From Octopus vulgaris (taxonomy: Eukaryota): a stretch of DNA of 64,000 bases. Below the pieces are notes generated by a model. The model searched no databases, was not told the origin of the DNA, and saw only the letters and a program-made list of their open reading frames with translations. Below, in pieces: positions 1 through 10,560 of the stretch; the stretch's first letter is position 1; each line of letters starts with the position of its first letter. Both the position numbers and the translations under genes were made by a program. The stretch lies in NCBI GenBank assembly GCA_951406725.2, contig OX597835.1, positions 12,338,001 through 12,402,000 on the forward strand, read 5' to 3'.

Positions 1-407
1 GAGTAAAATCTTATGGATATTTAAACAAGTCAATAGTAGAAACAAAGTTCGAACATCGATTAAGGTTGTTCATCATTTTTTTTTCAGTCTGCAGAGAACT
101 GGCTATAATTTGCCGTTTATAATTATACCAATATATTACATACATATATACATACACTTAGGTTTTAATTTCTTCATTTCATCCGATCATGAAGAAGTCA
201 TTATTTGTGATACACAATATGACTCAATATAATATGTCATTGCTTAAATTCCTGTTATCCACCATGTTAAAATATTAAACTGACCCATTAAGTATTGAAA
301 CGATCGTAACGTAAGAATTATATATGATACCAATACCTCCATTCATGTACTTCATATATATAACACCCATACACACGCACACATATATGTGTATGTATGT
401 ATGTATG

Positions 408-438
<31 letters not shown>

Positions 439-506
439 GTATGTGTGAATGCATATATATATGTGTGTATGAGTGTAAACGTATATATTTATATTCTTTT
501 TTCCAG

Positions 507-581
507 TAATAGAGCACTATGTGAGAAATACTACTACTACTGGCGAGCCTGAAGCTTACACCAACTTTGAGATTTGCGAAG
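507..581 (+). CDS. Internal coding exon of the Ser/Thr-rich membrane protein gene (upstream exons lie left of the window)
   Basis: Polypyrimidine tract plus ttccag acceptor and G|gtaatc donor. The 75-nt phase-1/phase-1 open frame IEHYVRNTTTTGEPEAYTNFEICE joins in frame to the 3631 exon. Confidence 0.6.
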
Positions 582-652
582 GTAATCAGTATTTATATGT
601 ATGAATATAAGTTCGTAAGGATGTGTCTGTGCGTAAATGAAAGTATGTATGT

Positions 653-710
<58 letters not shown>

Positions 711-870
711 CGTCGTAAGAAATTTGAAAAGCTAAACGCGAAACCGGTCTTTCTCCAAAACTATGTCATTGTAAGAAAAAAATTTTTAATATTCTTCAGA
801 CATATTGACGCAAATATATATATATTTTTTAACCTTTAAGCCTTCTGTAGTTTTTTTCACTTTTTACTAT

Positions 871-938
<68 letters not shown>

Positions 939-1031
939 TAAGATAATTATTTTATTCTCAAACGCAAGATAATGCTAATAATATGACATGAACATGATAA
1001 ATCATCCCTATATTGTAGAAAAATCTGTCGG

Positions 1032-1104
1032 TGGTCAACCATGAGACTCGAACTCACATTCCTGTGATTACGCATCCAGTGCTTTACCATTAAACTAAAC
1101 TGAC
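1032..1104 (-). pseudogene. tRNA-like sequence (Thr-CGT-like), pseudo-tRNA or SINE head; left arm of an inverted pair
   Basis: 73 nt GTCAGTT-TA-GTTTAATGGTAAAGC-A-CTGGA TGCGTAA TCACAG-GAAT-GTGAG TTCGAGT CTCAT-GGTTGAC-CA. Cloverleaf-like with A and B boxes, but stems are imperfect. Confidence 0.55.
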
Positions 1105-1149
1105 AGCGATTTATATATATCCTTAATTTGCAGAAGAATTTGTCGTTGG

Positions 1150-1222
1150 GGCAGTTTAGCTTAATGGTAAAGCACTTGACGCGTCATCACAGGGATGTGA
1201 TCTCGAGTCTTATGGCTGGCCG
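1150..1222 (+). pseudogene. Second, more decayed tRNA-like copy (right arm of the inverted pair)
   Basis: Reverse-complement homology to 1032-1104; A box TAGCTTAATGG intact, B box mutated. Confidence 0.5.
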
Positions 1223-1410
1223 CCGACAGATTTTTCGACATAATATGGATAGCTTATCTTGTTAATGCTATATTATTAACATTATCCTGCGTTTGAGAAT
1301 AAAATTATTTCCTTGTCTGTATCTTTCAATACATCTCAACGCTTCTAAAGCAAACTTTGTTTGTTGACTTTCAAGGTAAGTCGAATTTAATAAATATATG
1401 TATGTATGTG

Positions 1411-1460
<50 letters not shown>

Positions 1461-1473
1461 TGTGTATGTGTGT

Positions 1474-1513
<40 letters not shown>

Positions 1514-2131
1514 TTGTTTTATGTATATATACTTATATTCACCCACGCACATATTTTCTTCATTTTTAAATACCTAACATGGTCGAGTCCATTAGAACGT
1601 ATGAGAGAGACTTCAGATGAGAAAATATCCCCGGCAGAAAATGCTTCCTTTAGACATAGGTGAAAATATATAATGGACTGTTAATGGCGCCACGTTCTTG
1701 TTCGTTAGAACACGCGCGTGTCTACGTTATTTATTTTTTTTTTTTCATCAGTTCGTTATCTACGAACGCCAAATTTAACAACGGCAAAGAAAGAATGCAG
1801 AAACGCGTACATCGCACGATCCAATGATCTCATTCACAGCCCATTCTGTGTTTCTACACGTGAACAGAGGAAAGATATCACCCCAGCACTATTTCCTCAG
1901 CGGAAGCTTTTCTCTCGTCTGAATGCACTCATACGTGTTAAATAAGACTTTACATGAATATATATTATTCTATGTTGCTTTCTTTGACATCATATGTGTA
2001 AGTGTATGTATGTATGCATGTATGTATGTATTAAGTATGTATGTATGTATGTATGTATGTATGTAGGTACGTATCTATATCTATATCTATATATATATAT
2101 ATATAATGCTAAATCTCAGAGCGAGTAACAC

Positions 2132-2387
2132 ATCGTGACGCATATTTGCCATTTGAATATGGCTAACCCTTAAGGGTGGATGCTACTGTAGTTTGTAGCC
2201 CCAGAAAGATATCTCCTCCAGCTGGCTATAGACACACTATCTGTATTTGTGAAGGGGAGTCACAAATACTGAGAGGACACAGATAGTGTGTCTATAGCCA
2301 GCTGGAGGAGATATCTTCCTGGGGCTACAAACTACAGTAGCATCCACCCTTAAGGGTTAGCCATATTCAAATGGCAAATATGCGTCA

Positions 2388-2391
<4 letters not shown>
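2132..2391. repeat. Foldback element with 113-bp near-perfect inverted arms
   Basis: 2132-2244 is the reverse complement of 2279-2391 (one mismatch seen); flanked by (TA)n. Confidence 0.85.
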
Positions 2392-2453
<62 letters not shown>

Positions 2454-2586
2454 TTAGGGCATCTAAGAGATACCACCACGCTTGAAATAGCAGCCAAAAT
2501 TTGACTCTAAAACTACATTAAAAGTTCATACGGCACCAGGAGAGAAGGTAAAAAGACAAAATAAACTAGCAAAAACTTATTGGATA

Positions 2587-2644
2587 ATTCTAGATCCCGG
2601 ATTTCTGACTTTGCATAAGAAATGCTTTGCTTCATCAGTGTAAT
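2587..2644 (-). ncRNA. Degenerate type-I hammerhead ribozyme motif
   Basis: ATTACA-CTGATGA-AGC aaa GCAT ttctt ATGC aaa GTC-a-GAAA-TCCGGG-ATC-TAGAAT; inverted partner at 3371-3432. Confidence 0.5.
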
Positions 2645-2683
2645 ATACGCAGTACATAAATACATACATACATACATACATAC

Positions 2684-2736
<53 letters not shown>

Positions 2737-3041
2737 CTTACGAATACTTACATATACGAACGTGTACATACATATATATGCACGTATGCACACGACCAGT
2801 TTAAGTTCGATATTTAAATAACGATCTTATCCTTATTTATATAAATTTGTATATTTATTTCATGGTGCCCCAGCATGGCCGCGCCCTTCGGTCTAAAACA
2901 TTTTAAAGGATTTTAATGATCATATTCACTGCGGTGATATATTTTGACCATATCGCACAAAGAGTTTTAGGCGAGCAACTTAAACTGGTCGTGTGCACAC
3001 GTGCATATATATGTATGTATACGTTCGTATATGTAAGTATG

Positions 3042-3102
<61 letters not shown>

Positions 3103-3106
3103 AAGG

Positions 3107-3157
3107 AGCTTCTACAGGACTAGAACTGTTTCATTCAAATGAAATCATCAGGAAGCT
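3107..3157 (-). ncRNA. Type-I hammerhead ribozyme motif (minus-strand half of the palindrome)
   Basis: AGCTTC-CTGATGA-tTTCatttGAAt-GAAA-CAG ttctagtc CTG-TA-GAAGCT: 6-bp stem I, intact core, GUA site. Confidence 0.75.
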
Positions 3158-3204
3158 TCCTGAAGATTTCATTTGAATGAAACAGTTCTAGTCCTGTAGA
3201 AGCT
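3154..3204 (+). ncRNA. Type-I hammerhead ribozyme motif (plus-strand half of the palindrome)
   Basis: AGCTTC(3154-59)-CTGAAGA-stem II-GAAA(3179-82)-CAG/CTG-TA(3197-98)-GAAGCT(3199-3204). Confidence 0.75.
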
Positions 3205-3286
3205 CCTTCTATAAAATAAATTAATTTACTCTGCCATGTATTGAGTACCTTATTTACTGTGGTTAACCCCGACTCAACCCGGGACC

Positions 3287-3354
<68 letters not shown>

Positions 3355-3370
3355 TTTATGTACTGCGTAT

Positions 3371-3432
3371 ATTCCACTGATGAGGCAAAGCATTTCTCAT
3401 ACAAAGCCAGAAATCCGGAAAATCATAGGATG
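3371..3432 (+). ncRNA. Degenerate type-I hammerhead ribozyme motif
   Basis: ATTCCA-CTGATGA-GGC...GCC-a-GAAA-TCCGGA...ATC; stems I and III partly decayed. Confidence 0.45.
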
Positions 3433-3630
3433 GGAAAATCTGAGAGATATGTTCAAAACTCAGCAGGGTACTCGCTACTCGTTTCTGTAAAATTAATAAT
3501 GTAAATTCTACTCATGAATCACGGTTAACAGAGACACACAGACACATACATACCACGCAACTGACAAAGCCCTATAATTTATAACAGTTTATATTTACAA
3601 TGATATTTTTATGATGTCTTTTTTTAACAG

Positions 3631-4412
3631 GAATCGAAGAGTCCAGCTACCTTTCCGAGATGTCGACTCAGACTCCGTATTTCTCATCGTCTGTGGAATC
3701 AACCGCTGAAATGACTTCCATGCTCACTTACTCGTCAAGCTACGAAACAGGCATTTCGAGTTTGACCTCTTTCATAAATGCTACGTCGTGCTCCTCCAGT
3801 TTCGAATCAACCCAAATTCCGTCAGACGTACAAACGACATCAAACTGGCCTGAAAAAACATCGACCGGATACAGTAGCTTTTCCGTTTTCTCTACGACTC
3901 TCGAAATATATTCCAGTACTACACAGAGCTTAGATTGCAATGGTGGTGCTTGTACGAGCAACAGCAACAGCGGCAGTAGCAGCAGCGGAAGCAGCAATAA
4001 TGTTGAGACCACCAGCGAGAACGTTGAAATCGGCGGTAGCAGCAACAGCTTCGGTGCCAGCAGCGTCGGCAGCAATGACAACCTCAGTTTCAGCTCTACC
4101 ATCGTCAGCAGCAGCACTAGGATGTGCAAATGCCAATGTCCCGTGTCTCAGACGATCATGAACGAGGAAGCGAAAAAATCGTTTCAACGTAAAATGAGTT
4201 CCGTGGCCGCTTATATATCGATACCTAAGAAAAATCTCAGTGCCACCATAAGACGTAAAACCAGCGCCCAAGACGACAGACCGTCTGCTCAAGGCATTGG
4301 CTACATCGGTGTTGCGTTTCTTGGCGCTGTGTTCGGTGGCCTTATCCTCATGGACCTTGGTTCTTTAGCCAACCAGTTTGTAATTTTGTATAGAAACCTA
4401 ACCGGACGGTAA
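3631..4412 (+). CDS. Terminal exon of a mucin-like Ser/Thr-rich single-pass membrane protein
   Basis: tttttaacag acceptor at 3630; open frame (G)IEESSYLSEMSTQ... to TAA at 4410-4412. S/T-rich stalk, CKCQC, basic segment KKNLSATIRRKTSAQDDRPSA, then hydrophobic IGYIGVAFLGAVFGGLILM (transmembrane). Confidence 0.8.
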
Positions 4413-4468
4413 AAGATACGCAACTACATGCATACGCCCACGCACAAACACCCACCCTACACACACAC

Positions 4469-4534
<66 letters not shown>

Positions 4535-4654
4535 TTTACTTTACCCTATTTTTATAAATTATTATTTCAAATATACCGTTAATGGTCTTTTTACATGCCG
4601 AACATTGCTCGGTCGAATTAATTAATAATTAATTAATTCTACCCTTTTTTATTG

Positions 4655-4694
<40 letters not shown>

Positions 4695-4916
4695 GTATTC
4701 GGACGTTGTGTGTGTTTATTGAGCGAAAACACCTAAAGCTCCACGAGGCTCCGACAGGGGGTGGTGGCGACCCTGTTGTACTTTTTCGCCCCAACTTTCT
4801 CTCACTATTTCTTCCTGTTTCTTGAGTAACGCTGCGATGGACTGGCGTCTATATTACGCCATAGAAACCGGAAAACCGGGCCCGTTATCCTGGCTAGGCT
4901 TGAAAAGGGCACATAA

Positions 4917-5000
<84 letters not shown>

Positions 5001-5780
5001 ATGTTGCATAAAACGTCAAAAATATATATATATCCACAGTAATTAAAACCTCAATTAATAGCAAATCGTTAAATTCCAACACGTTAAAAGATTGCAATAA
5101 ACCCATTGCAAAGGTCTAGAATGAAATGCATACATCCTAATTTATTTGCCTTCAATAGATATTCCATTTTTGTTTCAATAGATATTCCTTTTTGGGGTTT
5201 TTTTCCGAATATATATACATGCAGTTTGGTGGTCAAATACATTTTCACCCTTCGGATGAATTTCGGAAACAACGGTTCCGCTTCTACTGACTGACCCACC
5301 ACCAGCATACAAGATGAACCGTTTTATTATATGCAGCTCTGCACATTTTTATCCATGTTTATTAGCCTCTTCTTTCTCTATTTCTTCTTTTTTCCTTTTT
5401 CTCCCTTATCTACTTCTTTTTCTTCTTTCTTTCTTCAACTTCACTTTCGTCTCTCTCTCTGCTCGTTTTCCTCTTCCTCCTCCTCCTCCTCTTTATCTTT
5501 CCTATTCTTATGCGTATCCATATTTCAAAAGCCTGATATTTATTCTATCGGTCACTTTTACCGAATCGCTACGTTGCGGAAACGTAAACAAACCAATACC
5601 GGTTGTCAAGAGGTTGTAAAACACACACACACGCGGATTTTATCTACCCCACTTACTCATCCCACATCCACACTTTCAATTTCTTAATTTTTTTTTGTTT
5701 TGTTTTTTGGTTTCCTCCCGATATGTTTCCTAACAACAAAGTCTCAAGGACGCAACAATGTAAAAACACACCTTCGATGC

Positions 5781-5900
5781 AAGTCTGATGAAGTGCCTCT
5801 CTCTCATGTCTAAAACCTCAAATATTACGTGATTTTTCATTTAGAATTTTCGTGTAAACTGACGTTGCAAATGGAGATGCGACGGAAACAACTGTAACTT
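5781..5900 (+). ncRNA. Type-I hammerhead motif with long stem II
   Basis: AAGT-CTGATGA-(about 93 nt)-GAAA-CAACTG-TA-ACTT: 4-bp stem I, near-palindromic stem III, GUA site. Confidence 0.55.
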
Positions 5901-6177
5901 AATATTAAAGATGTGTTAAAGAATTTTCCTTGTCTTCATCTTCTTTTCACTTTTCATTGTATCTGTGTATATATGCGTATATATATATATATATTTGATT
6001 TGATTTGAAAACCCCACTGGAATGGGAGAAAGCGCTAATAATCCGAATGATATGATCTGAATGATATGATATATATATGTAAAAAATGTAATATATAAAT
6101 AAATATCTATAAATATGAACCATCCGATCTTCTGATTACCTCATTTCTTCTAATATATATATATATATAGTCCTTGG

Positions 6178-6261
6178 CTTTCTGCTGAAGAGGCAACGCC
6201 AGTCGTAAATATATTTATTTTATTTACGAAAGATTGCCGAAACTATGCATAGTCCAGAAAG
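6178..6261 (+). ncRNA. Canonical type-I hammerhead ribozyme
   Basis: CTTTCTG-CTGAAGA-GGCAA..TCGTAAATA/TATTTACGA..TTGCC-GAAA-CTATGCATAG-TC-CAGAAAG: perfect 7-bp stem I, G-C-closed stem II, palindromic stem III, GUC site. Confidence 0.88.
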
Positions 6262-6387
6262 GATAGGGTAAACGTTTTTATTTCTCTTTCCATTTCAGAA
6301 TTACAACTATTAGTGGTTTGGAGTTTAACTGCTCTTTCTAGTGATTCTAGTGAGTCGCATGTCCTATTATGGCCATCCCTTATATGT

Positions 6388-6455
<68 letters not shown>

Positions 6456-6486
6456 TCAAAATAAGCAACAAGGATATCCAGAGGTA

Positions 6487-6576
6487 ATGCAGTACGACCG
6501 TTTCATGCGACTCCATTTAACTGAACAATGCAAATATTACAACAGTTTTAAAATGTAGACCAATCTTCAGCTGCAT
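6487..6576 (-). ncRNA. Type-I hammerhead motif with long stem II
   Basis: ATGCAG-CTGAAGA-(long imperfect stem II)-GAAA-CGGTCG-TA-CTGCAT: perfect 6-bp stem I, GUA site. Confidence 0.72.
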
Positions 6577-6694
6577 AAAAATATAGAATTTAGTTAAATT
6601 CAAAGTATTCATTTGTATAGTTATTCTATTACCAAAATCACAAAGAGGATAAATAAATAGACAAAGGACATGTTTCATTAACAACATCATAGTT

Positions 6695-6790
<96 letters not shown>

Positions 6791-6995
6791 TGTATGTATG
6801 TATACTTCTAATATAAGGATAAAAGTTTTCAAAAAAACCATATCAGTGGCTTGCATATTAAAATACCTTTTAGGGTGAAAATTATAAACAATTATAAATA
6901 AGGTCAAAAGATTATCTTTTTCTTTTGCCCTCATTTATTATTGTATATGTGTATGTATAAGTATATGTGTATATATATGTACATATGTATATGTG

Positions 6996-7038
<43 letters not shown>

Positions 7039-7174
7039 TGATTTGAAAACCCCACTAGAATGGGAGAAAGCGCTAATACATGATCTAAGTTATATGATAT
7101 ATAAAAAATGTAATATACAAATAAATATCTGTAAATATAAACCATCCGATTTTCTGAGTACCTCATTTCTTCTA

Positions 7175-7313
<139 letters not shown>

Positions 7314-7331
7314 TGTATGTATGTATGTATG

Positions 7332-8212
7332 TATACCTGCAGAAAAAGGGTTTAGCCTCCAAGAACATTCATGCTGACCTGGTTGCAACATTAGACAATG
7401 GCGTTCCAACTTTTATCAAAAGAGCAAAGGTCGGCAGTAGAATTTAGAAAGAAGGGAAGAGAAGATCTTGAAAATGACCCAACGTCTGGGTGTCCTGCAA
7501 CTGCCACTGCCGAGGAAAACATTGATGGTGTTCCCCATAATACGTGATTGACTATAAATCAAATAGCCAATACCATTAGCATATCCTCTGACAGTTGAAA
7601 ATATTCAGCAATAGGGACTTTTGCAGAATGAAAGGTTCTGCTCGGTGGGTGTCACATCTGACATCTGATCAAAGGCACAACCAGACTGATAACATCACGG
7701 AAAAATCTGCTATTGTTTGAGGCAGATCCAGCTGGATTCCTTGAACATTTCCTCAGCTAGGATGAGTGTTTGGTTCACCACTTTGAGTCAGAGACAAAGA
7801 GACAATCCATGCAGTGGAAACACCCCTCTTCACCTGCTCCAAAGAAGGCCAAGTTCGTTTCATTTGGAAGGAAGGATACAGCATCCGTTTTCTGGCGGAT
7901 GCAAAAGGCATTGTGCTAATTGACTATCTTCAAAAAGGCCACAGCATCAATGGAGAATAATATGCCAACTTGCTGATGCAGTTACGAAAGGTTATCAATA
8001 CGAAACGCCCATGAAAACTGACGAAAGGGGTCATGTTTCATCAAGACAATGCTCCAGCAAACAAGTTGTTGATTTCAGTGGCTGCTGTGCGTGGCTATGG
8101 CTTTGAACTGGTTGATCATCCTCATTGTTCTCCTGGTTTGTTCCCATCTGACAGCTATTCCCCAATATCGAAAACACTTAGCTGAGAACCAGTATCACAG
8201 AGATGATGAGGT
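7332..8212 (+). mobile_element. Decayed Tc1/mariner transposase (mariner family), pseudogenised
   Basis: Frameshifted pieces read ARWV.HLT, DE.LVHHFESETKRQSMQWKHPSSPAPKKAK, DAKGIVLIDYLQKG, FHQDNAPA and HPHCSPGLFPSD (compare HPPYSPDLAPSD); stops and frameshifts present. Confidence 0.85.
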
Positions 8213-8234
8213 TCAAAATGTAACTCACAGCCAT

Positions 8235-8790
8235 ATAGAAGCAAAAAGCGATTAAATCGTGAAAGTAAAGGGTTATGTCTATTTAGGGCACACAGTGAAT
8301 GACTACCGAGACATGGATGCTGAAATCTCAGAGAAAATAAGGGGAGGATGGAAGGCGTTTACTTCAAGAGAGGAATTACTCAAAACAAAGCTGGACAAGT
8401 CCATACGTGCCAAACACTTCAAGAGCATCGTCCTACCTGCGCTCTTATACGCAAGTCAAACGGGATAGAACAGCGATTGGCTACAATGCAAAAGGCCATG
8501 GGACAGATCCATGCTAGGAATATCATTACGATAGCACATTGGAAATTAGAACATTCGAGAACGGAATGGTATGAACAGTGTGAATACAAAGTACCGACAC
8601 AAGCAAGAGGTGGGACCATGCAAATTCAGAATGGTGTCTAAGAGATTGGAAATGGCCATTCGGGAAGACGATCTAATTGATCGATTTGAGATAAGATGGA
8701 AAAGAATGGCGCAATCAAGAAAAAACTGAAAGCGCTTTGTGACCAGCGATATATAGCAACATCTGATGGCCAGATCGATACAATGATACA
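8235..8790 (+). mobile_element. RTE-clade non-LTR retrotransposon, RT C-terminal fragment
   Basis: VKGYVYLGH...EISEKIRGGWKAF...VLPALLYASQT...MGRSMLGISLR; degenerate. Confidence 0.75.
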
Positions 8791-9422
8791 AGGATGAAAG
8801 GCAAAGTCGACCTCGACAGAATTTGAACTCAGAACGTAGCGGCAGACGAAATACCTATTTCTTTACTACCCACAAGGGGCTAAACACAAAGGGGACAAAC
8901 AAGGACAGACAAATGGAATAAGTCGATTATATCGACCCCAGTGCGTAACTGGTACTTATTTAATCGACCCCGAAAGGATGAAAGGCAAAGTCGACCTCGG
9001 CAGAATTTGAACTCTGAACGTAACGACAGACGAAATACCTTTTTCTTTACTACCCACAAGGGGCTAAACACAAAGGGGACAAACAAGGACAGACAAATGG
9101 AATAAGTCGATTATATCGACCCCAGTGCGTAACTGGTACTTATTTAATCGACCCCGAAAGGATGAAAGGCAAAGTCGACCTCGGCAGAATTTGAACTCTG
9201 AACGTAACGACAGACGAAATACCTATTTCTTTACTACCCACAAGGGGATAAACACAAAGGGGACAAACAAGGACAGACAAACGGATTAAGTCGATTATAC
9301 CGACCCCGAAAGGATGAAAGGCAAAGTTGACCTCGGCGGAATTTGAACTCAGAACGTAACGACAGACGAAATACCGCTAAGCATTTCGCGCGGCGTGCTA
9401 ACGTTTCTGCCAGCTCGCCGCC
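8790..9422 (-). mobile_element. SINE family C (GGCGAGCTGGCAGAAACGTTAGC head) as a tandem multimer of 184-bp units
   Basis: Junction motif recurs at 8851, 9035 and 9219. Other copies at about 11468-11650, 33730-33945, 44560-44957, 48760-48970, 52333-52565 and 61008-61241. Confidence 0.8.
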
Positions 9423-10032
9423 TTAATATCGTCGCAGGAAGCTGTATTCTACAGATTTTGTTCTGTACATCATCCTGGGTTGTATCTGGCCACATCATCA
9501 GTGATATGTCTTGGGGTCATTGGGGTTATTCGTTTTTTTCAACTTCAGATGCTCTTACTTTGGTGACCCAGAAAAGTTTGATCAAATCGAAGCTTGTTTT
9601 CAATTACCACTAACTCCAGTAATATTAATCCTTCCGTGGCTCACACTTCCTGATCCGCAGCCATTTTGAGACAACTTCTGCCGTCCCCACAGTCAACCTG
9701 ATACCTTTCTGTCTACCTGTCCGACGGATGTCAACCATACTGTAAACTCTTGCAACTTCCCACTCATTTACAGAAGTTGTCTCCCATATTTGCAAATATA
9801 AATTAGTCTTACTATTCGCTTCAATTTCCTTTTATTTTTTACTCTTCGCCTAAATAAATTTTAGTTTTACTTTAAAGACATAACGATAAGATGTCTCTAC
9901 ATCATAACTTTATCGAGCAACGTCTGATATGGGAGATAACTTTTGTAAGCAACAAGTCCAAGTGGAGATAATTCATATTTTAGCCGTGCTTATTTCTATT
10001 TCTTGATAAAGTTTGCCTCACACTTCAGACGA

Positions 10033-10242
10033 CTCTCTTTACTTTTTTACTTGTTTCAGTCATTTGACTGCGGCCATGCTGGAGCACCGCCTTTAGTCGA
10101 GCAAATCGACCCCGGGACTTATTCTTTGTAAGCCCAGTACTTATTCTATCGGTCTCTTTTGCCGAGCCGCTAAGTAACGGGGACGTAAACACACAAGCAT
10201 CGGTTGTCAAGCAATGCTAGGAGGACAAACACAGACACACAA

Positions 10243-10275
<33 letters not shown>

Positions 10276-10437
10276 CGACAAGCTTCTTTCAGTTTCCGTC
10301 TACCAAATCCACTCACAAGGCATTGGTCGGACCGAGGCTATAGCAGAAGACACTTGCCCAAGATGCCACGCAGTGGGACTGAACCCGGAACCATGTGGTT
10401 GGTAAGCAAGCTACTTACCTACACAGCCACTCCTGCG
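10033..10437 (-). mobile_element. tRNA-derived SINE family B with internal (TA)/(TG) microsatellite
   Basis: Head GGAGTGGCTGTGTAGGTAAG...GGGTTCAGTCCC. Related copies at about 11700-12110, 13020-13325, 23441-23830, 26850-27143, 36520-36920, 43000-43360 and 61530-61910. Confidence 0.8.
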
Positions 10438-10560
10438 ACTCGAGAACATTTCTAAAATTACGTTAAACAACCCAAAGCTTAATACATATAAATATATTAC
10501 GTGTACCTGATGTACCTGAGAGGAGGCAGCAGTCGCTTTGATAGTACTGTAGATTAATAA

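Noticed and set aside
185-230. ATGAAGA-AGTCAT..ATGACT hairpin resembling a hammerhead 5' half
   Set aside because: The core is mutated and GAAA is absent.
1351-1381. Strong donor AAG|GTAAGT suggesting a micro-exon
   Set aside because: There is no good acceptor, and the phase-1 frame needed to fit between the neighbouring exons hits TGA.
3740-4292. Leu-rich and Ala-rich ORFs overlapping the 3631-4412 exon
   Set aside because: Antisense or alternate-frame shadows of AGC-rich serine codons.
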